Below, one piece after another: positions 26,321 to 39,189 of a stretch of 64,000 nt of DNA (position 1 is the stretch's first letter; every line of letters begins with the position of its first letter). The notes beneath the pieces were generated by a model. The model was not told where the DNA came from, did no database searches, and was given only the letters and a program-made list of their open reading frames with translations. Both the position numbers and the translations under genes were made by a program. This DNA is from Mytilus edulis (taxonomy: Eukaryota): assembly GCF_963676685.1 (NCBI RefSeq), contig NC_092357.1:8804001-8868000 (forward strand), in the 5' to 3' direction.

Positions 26321-27360
26321 TTTAAGAGGTCACTGTACAAATTAGGAATGTTACTACTTGATATCGGAAGATGTTGTATGAGTTCCGATGAGACAACTCT
26401 CCATCAAAGTCACACTTTATAAAAGTAAAACCATTATAGGTCAAGGTACTAGTTCCTTTCCAGAAATTAAGTCTGTCATGTTTAACAAAGATAGTAATCA
26501 AACAAACATTAACTCAATCGGTAAACCGTCAGGAAAGTTTCCTTATTGTCCACCAGTCACTGAATTAACTAGTAATGTAATAATCAATTATAAGAGTGAT
26601 TCACCTTCTAGCTGTAAATATCGGTCCAATTTATCCAACACATAATAAATAATTATCATCACTCGCACATCATCTTCTATAAGAAAGCACAAATACGAAA
26701 CTAATTGTTGTAATAACTGTTATGTTGAATTAAAATCCTGGTACCTTTGATAACTAATATCAATTATTACAATTTGTCGATTATTTGACATGTTTTGCCC
26801 TATGACGGTGTATTTTTCACGCAGGTTGATCGGGTTCTTTTTGTAAATTATTTATTTGTAGAATAGTTCTTTACCCGGTGTTTTCTTTTTCTTTTTTTCT
26901 AAGACTTGAAATACATTTATTGAAAATCACCTGAGTAAGATTTACCTTGTATAACCCAGGGAAGTCTACACAAGGGTCCCTGTGTTTACATTTTATCGGC
27001 AGTAGGTGCATCTTCCCTTGATCTTAATTTGTAATATTTTACTTACCATGGACAGGACATGATACTTGAAAATATAAGGCAATGAAGTCGCATATCAGTG
27101 CACCATCAATTTTGAGAACAACTATCTCAACGTTTCGTACACCAACAAAATAGTTTTGCTGACAAATTTATTTTATTTTTATATTCTCTACCAAAATAAA
27201 GGTCTAGTCAAAACAATTTGCCGAATAAAAAAAAAAAGAAAAAAGCTCGCACTAGCGCGCTCGTTTGGTATTCTTGTTGATAAAGTCAATATCAAAAACA
27301 AAGTTGCCGTTGTTTTCACTTACCGCTGTTATCAAAGAATTTTGATATAATATTTTTCAG

Positions 27361-27542
27361 ATCTAATGGTAGGGATCTTCCTGGTACTTACCGATCTAAT
27401 CTCGAAGATCACTATCACGTGGGAAACACTGGATCCCGGATGTAAGATAGTCGAGTTTCTACAGGCTATGTCAACTTGCACTTCAGCATTCTCATTGGTC
27501 GACTCAGTGTAGTGATCCGTCCACTAAATAGAGCGGCAAATG
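27361..27542 (+). pseudogene. GPCR pseudo-exon TM2-TM3-ICL2
   Basis: Acceptor tttttcag|AT CTA ATG; reads (D)LMVGIFLVLTDLISKITITWETLDPGCKIVEFLQAMSTCTSAFSLV, frameshift near 27501, then LSV-VIRPLNRAAN with the DRxxA segment missing; donor gtaggt at 27543. Confidence 0.85.
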
Positions 27543-29356
27543 GTAGGTATCATATATCAAGGTCCAAAAAGGGAGGTCCTTTATTTCCTTATACATTGTG
27601 TACTTCAATTTCTTTGAACAGTGATCTTTGTTGTCAATTATTATATATTCTTTATATGTTAGTAGATATAGGAAGATGTTCTCTATTTTTCTATATTTAC
27701 TATTTTGTTTGCCACTCATTCTTCACTTGTATACCATTATTCTCTATATAACACATTCTGACTCTCATAGTAATGATATCATTAACTAGCGGTCTGAACA
27801 CTCAAGGAAATTAATAAATGTTCAGTTGAGACAAAGGTCTCTTTATTGCAAAGACCATTATGCTTTCTTGTTTTAACCAATCAAAGACTCTCATAGATAA
27901 AAGTAGCTGTAAAACATGGCATAGTTACTCTAGGAGATTCCTAAAAATTTATTTCAGACATATTTCACTTTGTTGCAAAGTATTCCAGTAGTTGTTCGCC
28001 ATGTCTGATTTTAATTATGTCATCCATCTTCCGGGTATATACTTTTGATATTGTGTCATTTTGTCTGGGTTATTGTAAATGCAGTTGCATGTTTAGACCA
28101 GAAGCAGTTAACAAATATTAGATGTCTTTCAAATAATTATGTTCAGGATAACACTATAATGTATTTCATATCTAATTTGTGCAGTATATGACTGAGTAGT
28201 GATCAGTAACATTAAACAAATAAAAGGATTTGATAAAGTGTGATATTTTTAACTTTTATTGATGGATTGAGATTTAAACCCAATATAACTGCATGACTAA
28301 ATGACAGACCTTAAAAAGGTATTGACTAAAAGCATAGAACCGATTATTTTGTCGTCAAACTATTCATCAATCTTCTTTCTTCTTTTCTAAATCTGCAGTA
28401 ACATTATTTAATCAGATAAACATCACCATCATAAATAACCTACTAATAACGTAATTAAGACTGTATTACTGTATGATCCCCGTTCCTTCGAGGAGAAAAG
28501 CCCCCTTTTATCGCGACAAATTCTGGGGAGGGGGACTCCATTTCAGTATTTTCTAGACTATTTCTCTTTATTATTTGTTTTTGTACACTTTCTTTAATTT
28601 TTATATCTTTATATTTTAACATCTCATTTTCTTTATGTTTTATTTTTTTATCCAGTTTTCTCTATTCTGTAATTTCCCCCTCATTATTCCGTAGTATGGG
28701 AAGGCTTGAGGCGATAGCATGTCAAAGGCAGACGTGTGGAACTTCTTGTATTAGCTGGCCAACCTTAACTTTGTGTTTCGAGCTTTAATCATCTTAGTTA
28801 TCCTACACCTTGTACACGTACGCTGTATTTTGATGGTTGTTGATGTAATTCTTCGTGCATGTTTCAATATTGTTGTTGAATATGCACTAGTATAATATTT
28901 TTTTTTATCTTGTTTACCCATATACTTGCCAAATTCTATATAAAAATTAGGATATGCTGTATTTTTTCCGATTGAGCAATATAACAAAATATTTTACAAA
29001 AAAAAAAAATAACGATATGCCTTATTTACTTTCATGGAAACCAATATCAATTGTGAATGTTGTGTGTTTAATTAAATTCGAAGTGATTAGGAGAAAATAA
29101 CTTCCGCTACTACCGTCTCAAATAAATAAATCCTCTTTCTATACATGATATTTATCTGGTTTAAGTATTGTTCAATTTAACCCCCAAAAAATGGTTTAAT
29201 AGCTATATAAACCTCTCACTTGTACGACAGTCTTAAAAAATATATTATATTGATAACGATGTGTGAACAAAACAAATGGACTAAATTGACAAAAATGTCA
29301 AAAACTGACATCAACAAATTATTATACTTTGTACATTTGTATTTATGTTTTTGCAG

Positions 29357-29494
29357 GTAAAAGCTGGACATAGTAGCCTAAGCTTGGATCTTTGCTGCTT
29401 TATTTGTATTTCCAATGTTTCTTTGTTTTTCGTCAAAGAAGAACAAAATATGAAATTTTGTAAAATGGAGTTTACCAAACATTGGATGTGGCAG
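29357..29494 (+). pseudogene. GPCR pseudo-exon TM4-ECL2
   Basis: Acceptor tttttgcag; IVA*AWIFAALFVFPMFL (TAA 29379-29381), frameshift near 29430, VKEEQNMKFCKMEFTKHWMWQ; donor gtaaat at 29495, phase 0 matches the next exon. Confidence 0.85.
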
Positions 29495-29501
29495 GTAAAT
29501 A

Positions 29502-31001
29502 TGTAACACTCTCAAACGTGTCCTGTCCCCCAAACGTGTCCGATTCCCCCAAATGTGTCTATTCTCCCTAAACGTGTTCGTAATATCCAATATTCCCCAA
29601 ACGTGTCTGATTTTATAACCCCCAAACGTGTCCGATAATTGTTATTCGCCAAAACGTGTCCACTATTTAACGCCAGGACGTCTCACGTCTTTTAGCGCTA
29701 ATACATGAATAAAATCAATAACGTTTACGGCAATTCTATAATGGGGGACACAGTTGATGAAGTGATCATTTATTAGTATTAGTTGGTTCAATGCCGGTTG
29801 TTATTGCAAATTTAATCTGTAACATATAAATCGACTTTTGACTGAAATTGCTTATAGTCCAGTTGCAAGTATTATGCTCGTTTAGAGCGCACAAACATGT
29901 ACAAACAATTCTAGTTCAGTTGGATTAAGCGTTTACCATAAGATAGCACCAAATTAAATTCAAATATAATTTATTTAGGTTAAACTATGCCTATACATAT
30001 TGTTTAAAGATGTCAATCTTATTTACAAAGCTTGTATTAACAATTACACAAACAAAGCAAGCAAGCCAAACAAAGTTTTACTTTGCAAGCATTAGGAAAT
30101 CAGCTGTAATCCGCGAATACTGCACGGTAGGATTTTAAAAGAATTGGCTCCCTTTTTTCAACAGTTTTGATATTTTAAAAGATATTTAAATCATAAACTG
30201 GTTATCAGGATCACTACTAAAGTGAAGACATACAAACAAAAGTCATACATTGTAAGTCCAGTGCCAAATATTTCATGCATTATTTGAACGATATCATATT
30301 AACAATAAATACTATACATAAGTTTTATTATAATACCGGGGATTTAGGATTGGGCCTAAATTTGTTTACGATTATTCGGGATAAACCTTAGTAAAAACTG
30401 GTAGTAAGGTTTTATATTATGAACTTTTAGTTTCGAGCATCACTTAAATACACGCAATCAAGAGACATTACGTCCAGTTGCAAATATTTCATGCATGGAC
30501 AGGACGACAACATACTTTGGATAAGTTATATAATGAGATGTGGAAGAATATTTGCCAGAACTCTTGGATTGTACCTTAATTATTCCGGGAATTTGGGATT
30601 AGGCCTAAATGAATTGTGTACAGTTATAAGAATTTACACTTTACGGTTTTTAGGAATCTACACTAATCGTAACTCGGAATTAAATTATATTTTTTTGGAG
30701 CGGAAAAGGCCAGTTTTATTTTTACGGAATATCAGTGTAACAATCTTTTAGTTCCCTTTATATTATAGGACAACTTTGGGGGATTTGGGCACGTTTGACG
30801 GATTGGGCACGTATGGGTGTTTATTAAAAAATGGACACGTTTAGGCGTTTAAATAATACAAATGACACGCTTTGACGCCCTTTTTACAACTAGACATGTT
30901 TTGCAGTTCAGTGACGTCGATGTGGACACGTTTGGGAGTATCGGACACGTTTGGGAGTTTCGGACACGTTTGGGGGGAAGGACACGTTTCTGAGTGTTAC
31001 A
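29502..31001. mobile_element. Non-autonomous TIR transposon (TGT..ACA ends, 4-bp TSD AATA; Ginger-like) in a GPCR intron
   Basis: tgtaacactc..aaacgtgtcc / ggacacgttt..gagtgttaca; AATA at 29498-29501 and 31002-31005; subterminal aaacgtgtcc arrays at both ends. Confidence 0.88.
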
Positions 31002-31046
31002 AATATACTAACATAGCTTCGATCGTGTGATAAAAAGGATTACGAA

Positions 31047-31615
31047 TAAGAAGATGTGGTACAATTGCCAATGAGACTCTCCAAAAGAGACCTAATGACA
31101 CATACATTAGCAACTATAGGTCACCGTACGGCTTTCAACAATGAGCAAAGCCCATACTACATATATTGTAGTCAGCTTTAAAAGGCACCGAATGGTGAAT
31201 ATTCAAACGAGAAAACCGACGGCCTCATCTATGTACAAAAAATTAACGAAAAACAAATATGTAACACATCAACAAACTGCTACCACTGAATTACAGGCTC
31301 TTAGTTTAGGACAGACACATACACACAGTAAGTGTGGGGGGGGGGGGTTAAATATGTTAGTGGGACCCCAACCCCCCTCTTACCTGTGACAGTTGTGTAA
31401 CAGTACAAAAAAAGAACTAAATATAAAAATCAGTTAAAAAAAGCTTAATTCATATGATGGGTACAAAGCGAAATACATCTAACAAAACACAAAGCGGAAG
31501 TGGTCGAGTGCTTGTTTATCCTCACAAACAAAACCTTTGAGAACTGATATGAGTGTACTCGCAGTTACTGACAGCTAGTTCAAAGCCACTAACAACTATT
31601 GAAAAATCATGCAAC
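31047..31615 (+). mobile_element. Family A copy (long)
   Basis: Same motifs; extends to gtactcgcagttactgacagctagttcaaagcc. Confidence 0.8.
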
Positions 31616-32644
31616 TTATAATATATATGTTGTTTTTTACACATTTGCATACAACCTTGTTGTCCATTTTCATTTTGCTTCAGAAAAATAGCCAGACCTG
31701 CAGTTGTGTTTTTTCTTGTTAATTCTTATTATTAAAACTTTGATAGATTTGATTAAAAGTAGAAAGAGGTAACGTCTATATAATTTGGTACAATTATATC
31801 AAATACATATGTTTTTTAGTAATCATGATTATCATTTATATAAAATAAAGGAATGTTAGCCATAAACATGAGTTATGTTTTTTAACACAAATACAATATT
31901 AGCAAATATCTATATTCTTACTTGTTTTATGTTATGAATAAATCAAGCTTAATTATTGTTGTTTTTTCTTCAAATATTAAGATAAAAATCCCAACATTAA
32001 TTTCATAAGGCAAATGACTGTAACCGTCATGAGAAACAAATGTGGTATTCGTAATTTTGACCTCCGAAGATTTGGACCTCAACAACCAAAACCTAAGATA
32101 AGATATAAAGGTCAGCATATGGTCTTCTCGTTGAGAAGATATCATGTGAGGTTTGCATTAAATTAAATAACAAATAATACGAGATGTGTTTATTTCGTTC
32201 AGATTATAGAAACAAATATTAAACGACAACATAACTTGTATTTCTATATCAAGTAATAACAGTAACGTCCAGGGACTATTTTAACTCGTAGTTAATTATA
32301 TCACATACCGTTATCATTGTTAATCCTGGTGTCATCTGGAGTTTAACTTTCTTTGTTATGTGTATCGATCGACAATTGACCAACAGCAGATCTCAATGGG
32401 AATTTACCGCTTATTCTTTATCTTAACAAAGTGTATCATATATGTTTTAGTTAAAGGTTTAATTATGTTTGTTCAGTGTCAAATGTGTAATAATATTGAC
32501 ACAAAAAATATGATATTGTCATCTTCATTTGAAAAGTAACCGAGATAATGTTTAGGGCATAAATATTTTTGATAACTGTCAAAGATTAAATTTTGAAAGC
32601 ATTTTAAAACATTTTTCTGTGTTGTTGTTTTGCTGTTTGAAATT

Positions 32645-32790
32645 TTCTACATTAGAAAATGCCTGTACCAAGTCAGGTTGTTATCCATTCGTTTGATGTG
32701 TTTGGACTTTTGATTTTGCCTTTTGATTTTTGACTTTCCTTTTTTGAATTTTCCTCGGAGTTCAGTATTTTTGTGTTTTTACTTTTTCAT
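32645..32790 (+). mobile_element. Family D short repeat
   Basis: tgtaccaagtcagg..ccattcgtttgatgtg..ggagttcagtatttttgtg; also at 4780, 22765, 53940, 58030 and 59525 (-). Confidence 0.6.
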
Positions 32791-32833
32791 TATGTATAGT
32801 TTTTTCTTTATTGTTTTCATTTTGTACCTGCAG

Positions 32834-32996
32834 GTGTACCTATCTTTGAACGCTGCTGCCGTTTTCATAATATCAGCTGTTATTATTGCCTTCTGCTATA
32901 TTGTCATAGTAACTGTTTAATGGAGAAAGGTGAACTTTGCTTTGGGTAATGATACCTACATTAACGGCTGTTCTCCAAAAATCATTATCAACAAAG
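32834..32996 (+). pseudogene. GPCR pseudo-exon TM5-ICL3
   Basis: Acceptor cctgcag; VYLSLNAAAVFIISAVIIAFCYIVIVTV*WRKVNFALGNDTYINGCSPKIIINK; TAA at 32918-32920; phase-1 donor at 32997 fits the next exon. Confidence 0.85.
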
Positions 32997-34255
32997 GTAT
33001 CACACCTAATTTAAAATTAACTTATAAGTTCATAAGTGTTTATCGTTTCCCTTTTTTTATATAAAGATTAGACCGTTTGTTTTCATGTATAAAGTTTTAC
33101 ACTAGTAGGTGTGTGTCCCTTTGTCGCTTGCTGGTCAGTATAAGTCTAGCTCGGTGCTGAAGGTCGTATTTTGACATATAGTTGTTTACATCGATACATT
33201 GTCACTTTTGGATGAACAGTTGTCTCATTGACACTCATGCCACATTGTAATGCAGTAGTGTTCGTTTGTTGGTGTATATAATATACTATGAGATTAATTT
33301 TGTATTGACTAACGCTACATGAATGTGGTCTTAAGGGGGGGGGGGGGATACAAGTTAAAAAAAAAACAAGTCAAATAATGACGGTCCGGACGACTCCAAA
33401 ATTGTGATTTTCTTCATTGAATTTAAACAGACGATCAAGAAATTATCAAAACTTCATGTTCATTGTACTAAGATAGTACAACGAACATTGTTTAAAGTCT
33501 ACTCTTTTTGAGTGGCACATCTTACTGTATGAGGAACTTCACTCATTCGGCTTAGTTTGTAGCTGTTCATCAAAGTTGTCTTTAGTTTATTGTTTGTACA
33601 TAAATATTTTTTTCGTTTGCTTTGGTTTCAGATTTGTCATTTAGGGCCTTTTTATGATTTGATATGTGGTATGGGTTTTTTGCGTTGTTTAAGGTCGAAC
33701 GATGATTTGTTTTGATAACTTTCACATCATTCGGTCTTTGGTAGATATATGTTTCATAAGCAATCATACCACGATTTTTTTATGTCCAGGCAGTTGTTAA
33801 ATAGGCTTTAGAACCTAGTTTTAAATCGTTTTCTATTAGTTTCGCAATAAGTAAATTAGGAATTTGCAAATCTTTATATTATGACTTACAAAAATATTAC
33901 AAATATTAAACTAATGAAAATATTTCAAGCGAATAGACAAAATCAGTGGAATCATGAGCGTCGTTCTTTTAAAGAGTCTCGACATTTGACCCATTCAAGA
34001 GACTAAGTACAGAATTTTACAAAAAAATATAATACATCATCAAATAGACACGTACAAACATTTAGTTAATTACAGATTGAAATAGAAAAAAAGCATATTC
34101 AATATAATTTCAATAGCATTATATTATTGGTCTTCCTTTGTGCGGTAATACAAATGTGGAGCCCGATTATCGTACTTTGAACAAGAAAAACACTCAATCA
34201 CATTAATAAATTTAGTGTTTGATATATTATCAATGTTCCCGTATATTTATTCCAG

Positions 34256-34372
34256 ACAGACAGACTGTACCGCAACAAAATCAAAAGAAAGTTACACGGA
34301 ACGGCAGTTCTAGAGGTGTTATCCCAAAGGCTAAAATCAAAACAATCAAAATGACATTCGTTATTGTATTAG
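34256..34372 (+). pseudogene. GPCR exon ICL3-TM6 start (open frame)
   Basis: ttccag|..(D)RQTVPQQNQKKVTRNGSSRGVIPKAKIKTIKMTFVIVL|gtaagt; phase 1 at both ends. Confidence 0.92.
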
Positions 34373-34848
34373 GTAAGTAAAATTAATGGAATATTGAATA
34401 ATGATATTATACCCGACCATGCAGTACAGGTTTTGCTCATTGTCGAAGGCCGAACTATTGCCTTGTAATTTCCTGAATTCACATAGTTTTAACTTTGGTG
34501 GGAAGTGTTTGGGGAATCAAGATATAGTTAATTGGAAAACAATCAATATGATATTTGTACTCTCAGGAAAAACAATATGATAGAACACTACTTAAACTTG
34601 AGGTTTACGTACATTGGTACATACAATGTATAATTGGATCACCAAAATATACCATACGGTCAAACAAACAACAAAATAAACTTCCTTTTTAGAGTGTATT
34701 ACTTTGAATAAAACAAACGTACACACAGAGACAAAGAAGAGCAAACATGGCATGTCTTGTAAATCTTTCTTAGACATTTCCTTTTCATGATAATCTCCAG
34801 ACATGTGCAGAACTTCCCGCCAATTTTTAATAAACAGTTGAGTCTTTA

Positions 34849-35245
34849 TTAAGGATGTTTGCCCCTCCATCTTTTGATTTTTTGCCAGATTTTCGGAATC
34901 CTCTGGTTTTATCCATGTTGTCATTAAATGAAATTGCCCAATAACCCCTACTTTCCTTTTGATAATTTTATTACATAAGGTTAAAAAGCCATATTTCAAA
35001 ATTATATAAAATTCTTGTAATTTTTTCATAGTTTTTGAAACAAAGAAGGTGCCAATGTTAAACATATGAAAAATCTAGAGAGAATTATTTCCCGCAAAAA
35101 TTTTCAATGGCTTATACAATGTATCTCGAAAACGAGCACATAGAACCTCCATTTGTTTCTACCTTTTTAGTTTCTTTATTTATATACTATCAATATATAA
35201 TAGTCTGTTAAAAAGCTTGTTAGTTTTTAGCAGGGTAGCGAACAT
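34849..35245. mobile_element. TTAA MITE, same family as 15733-16133, opposite orientation, in the last GPCR intron
   Basis: ttaaggatgtttgc..cagattttcggaatcctctggttttatcca is the reverse complement of about 16065-16130. Confidence 0.7.
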
Positions 35246-35478
35246 AGCGATATGTCATTAAAAATTAGGTAATAAGTTATTTTTTAAACACAAATATATT
35301 CCTTTCCGCGTGGAACTTGTGCAGAATACATACTCGGATTATTTAAAGGGGAAATTCCGATGGAAATAAATGCATGCAAACCTTTGACAAACAATGTTCA
35401 TACATTTAAAGAAAAGTCTATATATATTTCACGTATGCAAATGTTGTATTTTTATATCTTTGTTTAAATTTTTTTCAG

Positions 35479-35719
35479 CTTTTATTTTCTGTTGGAGCTC
35501 ATATTTCTTCTTTAACCTATTATGTGTGTATGATTATATACCTGATCCATATTCACAACACAATACTGCTATAAATACTTTTATACAAAGTTTGGCACCC
35601 TCAACAGTGCTGCCATACCTTTTATATTCCTGCTCTTCAATTTTAATACCGTCAAATTTGCGTATGGAAGACATAATCGCCACCTGTACTCGCCACCATC
35701 TACACATTCATATTTGTAA
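35479..35719 (+). pseudogene. GPCR terminal pseudo-exon TM6-TM7-C tail
   Basis: tttttcag|(A)FIFCWSSYFFFNLLCVYDYIPDPYSQHNTAINTFIQSLAP, 1-nt deletion at about 35598-35601, then LNSAAIPFIFLLFNFNTVKFAYGRHNRHLYSPPSTHSYL* (TAA 35717-35719). Confidence 0.88.
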
Positions 35720-36079
35720 TTGAAATTGACTGTAAAACCAACGTAGAAAGAGTCGCCATTTTGACTCACAACCAACATCACAAGTACAGTTCTAATTATG
35801 CCCGGACATGCTGAAAAAGTATTTAACACACATCTATAAATATTCTAAATCCATTGATCTGATTATACAGATAACATGTGTTGATTCTTATAGAGATGTG
35901 ATGCTCAAAACAAAAGAAAGCAAAAAATGATTACTAATAATCTAGGAAATCATCAACTACTGGAAATTAATGACCATCTGTACTCGAAATCTACTCCGCT
36001 ATCGCATATGTAACAACAATTACTATAATGTCCCTGCAAACTACGAGATCCAGGCAGTCTCCATCTTTACTTGATACCA

Positions 36080-36410
36080 AATAAAGGCAATAGTGGTATA
36101 CCGCTGTTCAAAATTCATAAATAGATTGAGAAAAGACAAATCTGTGTTACAAACCAAAACTGAGGGAAACTCATCAAATATAAGAGGAGAACTACGACAC
36201 AATAGAAACACACCATTTAAATGTAACACACACAGAAACGAACTATAATATAACAATGGCCATTTTCCTGACTTGGTACTGGACATTTTAATTAAAATAC
36301 ATAGTGGGTTGAACCTGGTTGTGTGGCAAGCCAAACCTCCCGCTTTTATGACAATGACAAATATAACATTAAAATGACAACATTACATGATAGGACTATA
36401 CACATAAATG
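36080..36410 (-). mobile_element. Interspersed repeat family C
   Basis: Reverse complement of 10840-11170 (aaataaaggcaatagtggtataccgctgttcaaa..aaaatgacaacattacatga). Confidence 0.75.
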
Positions 36411-38269
36411 GAAGAAGACACTATTGCGTGTGTACTTACAACTTGTCTTATTACTCTATGAACGACGGATAAAATTGTCACAATGATTACTGATCATCAA
36501 CAACTACACAATCGTATTTGTATTACAGTAAAACTCAAAATTATCAAATCTACGTAGGCATAACAAAGTTATTCTAAAAATTCAGCAATTTTTTAAAAAC
36601 AACTCATTTATTTTCGAAGAGAAACAATCGATTACATACTATAAATTTGTGGTACAAGATTGGGTTTCTGTTTGCACTAACATTCTATAGTGTGTTGTTT
36701 AGAATGCGTTTCCAGTACAATAAACAGTTTTCATGTATCCTCATAGGATTATGATGACTATGGTTTTCAATTCTCCGAAAAATGCAATGTGCACCATTGG
36801 TTCGAACCGTGTTCTGATAACTGTCTTGTACTTAAATGTCACGAAACATACAGGAATCAGCTTAAAGAGTGCCATAATCATTTTTATCTATAATTGTAAA
36901 TATATTTTAATTGTAAAACTTGTTACATAAATCAGGTCATTATTTCCTGAGTCGAAGTTTAGTCTTTGATTACATCTTGCTGCGTCTTTATGAATTGTCA
37001 AACGGTAAATATCACATGACATTAATATGTAACTTGTCCCACACCATGTAATAAACGACAGATTGTTTTAGCATCCTGGTTTATCAAAAGGATTTTATCA
37101 TAGAAATAAAGAAACTTTTTATTCTTCTTGGCATCGCCAACTTTTTTTTCGATTAAATCACAGTTTCGCATTAGTAAATGAATTAAACTTTTATTTAACT
37201 CCCAGAAGACATTATTCTTTTTTCGTTAGGTTAATGTCTCAATAACCTACAATATCTCTGATCATTTATATGAAGACTGTAATAAGAAAATAATTTTCCA
37301 CATTTATTGCAGGAAACATAAGTTCAAGGTAATTCCACTTATATTGCAATTGAAATTAGTTCTCCGCACTTGCTGCTCGGATAGGTACGACATTGAAAGA
37401 ACCGACTATAAAACGGAGCAATTGCGGAGAATTTATTTTAATTCGATTGGGGTATTTCCGTACACTTTTTGTTGAGACCGTGCATGATAATATTACTAAT
37501 TAAAGGATAGTAATTTTCTCTATCGCTATGTCTTATACAGTATTAATGTCCATTGATAAAGGAAGTCAATAGCTGATGTCTGATACTTTAGTATTTACAG
37601 ATTACATTGACTGATTGAAATTGTGGTGATTAAATCTTTAATATAAGATATTTTCCGAAGACATCTAGGAACGTGAGAGTCCATTTATTAAACAGGGATT
37701 TTAACGTTTGGAAGGTTTCAGATTGCATTGGAACAATTGTTCTCGTTTTAGTGTCAATTATAATGAAACACATAAATGTGGTTTATAATGTTAATTTATT
37801 TAGGTAAGGAAAATATTATGTAAATGGCTTCATTGACTAACTTTGATAACTGCAGTATAGAAACGATTTCAGATAAATGTTTGAAAAACTCATCCTTTCA
37901 GTGGGTTGCCCTTCCCTAGTGTATAAGCATCTGGTCACTCCTTATTTCTAAATCTAAGTTATTTTACCCACCTTGTAAATGCAAATACACAAGATTACAA
38001 TTGGCATTGATCTATTATGTATTTATCGTTTCGCGTTTTCGCTTGATTCAATATCAAAAGCCAAAATCTATATTGCTTATTATGAAAAAAAGAAGGTGTT
38101 GTATGATAGCGAATAAGACAATATGTTTCAAGACCACATGACTGAGAAAATAGCATCCATAGGTCAGAGACGGTCTTCAACAATAAATAAAACCTATTTT
38201 TCGTATTCGGCTATAAACACCTCAAAATTACCATTGTGAAGACAATAACAATCAAAACCAAAGAAAAAA

Positions 38270-39105
38270 CAAAGACTCACAAAACCAAGGGACATTTACA
38301 TCAACAGTTATAAATAATAAGTAAGAAACAAAACGAACTCCACTAAAAACCGGGAGTGAAATCAGATGCTCGGAAAGGGTAAGCATTTCCTGCACCGTAT
38401 ACGGCACCCGTCGTGTTATTTCTTTGTTCAGTTCGGTAATAATTGAAGGTTATTATGACTGACGAAGAATATCAGATATGATTTCTGACACACTTTTGTC
38501 ATAATGGCCAATCAGCTCATGATGGCGACCATAACATTTCTTGAGGTATGACCTTATTTCGATTGATTATTAGCCCTGTCTTAGCAACTTTTGAGAGAGC
38601 GGTATTCCTCGTTCAACAAAATCAACGTACTTTGAGCTGGCTCTAGAGTAACGTATCAATTGAGACACATACACTCCTTATGATGGTGCCGCTGGGATGT
38701 TGCTACACAGAAATGGAAAGTTGACTATAGGACAATTAAAATTATCGCGTTTGTCATAAATTTTGGTATTCTACGTACCATCAGTAGCTATTTCGAGGAC
38801 AAGGTATATATATGAAGCAGATTTATCTGTGTTGGTAGTATCTTTAATTTCAAGTTCACTTGGATATATTAAATGTAAGTGATCACTGAATCTATTATTA
38901 TTAAGAGACAGTATATCATCAATATACCGAAAGGTGAAATTAAAAGACTGGGCTAATTTCTTTTCTCCTTTCTGTACAAGCCCTTGGATAAATTCTGCTT
39001 CATAGGAATACAAAAACAAATCTGCAAGTAAAAGAGCGCAATTAGTGACCATTAGGATTCCAATAGTCTGTTGGAAGTCCAAACCTCCAAATTCAACAAA
39101 CATTG
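38270..39105 (-). mobile_element. Penelope-like retroelement, 5'-truncated RT fragment plus 3' region
   Basis: ORF 38771-39103: FQQTIGILMVTNCALLLADLFLYSYE..FRYIDDILSLNN..IYPSELEIKDTT; continues through stops as TKIYDKRDNFNCPIVNFPFLCSNIPAAPS*GVYVSQLIRYSRA, typical of PLE RT and thumb. Confidence 0.88.
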
Positions 39106-39189
39106 AAACTATTCACACAAGAAAACTGTATCTACTACACCCATATCACGACAGCAGTCTCCAGCCAATTGTTTAGTACATAGTCTTTT

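Larger units (their letters stand above)
27361..35719 (+). pseudogene. CCAPR: Disabled cardioacceleratory peptide (CCAP)/neuropeptide S-type rhodopsin-class GPCR; 5 recognisable exons (TM2-TM7), TM1 exon not confidently found
   Basis: Manual translation gives DLMVGIFLVLTDLISKITITW..GCKIVEFLQ (TM2-3), AWIFAALFVFP..FCKMEFTKHWMWQ (TM4/ECL2), VYLSLNAAAVFIISAVIIAFCY (TM5), SSRGVIPKAKIKTIKMTFVIVL (ICL3/TM6 signature of the CCAP/NPS receptor family), FIFCWSSYFFF and TFIQSLAP/LNSAA (TM6-7). All exons have AG/GT boundaries. Contains at least 2 in-frame TAA and about 4 frameshifts. Confidence 0.9.

Noticed and set aside
32290-32430. Alternative TM4 exon (VIWSLTFFVMCI)
   Set aside because: A much better TM4/ECL2 exon with proper splice sites exists at 29357-29494.
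34592-35065. Longest ORF (157 aa, minus strand)
   Set aside because: Half lies in a TTAA MITE inside a GPCR intron; no recognisable domain.
37311-37328. 16-nt microexon-like ttgcag..gtaatt
   Set aside because: No partner exons or frame support; such motifs arise by chance.
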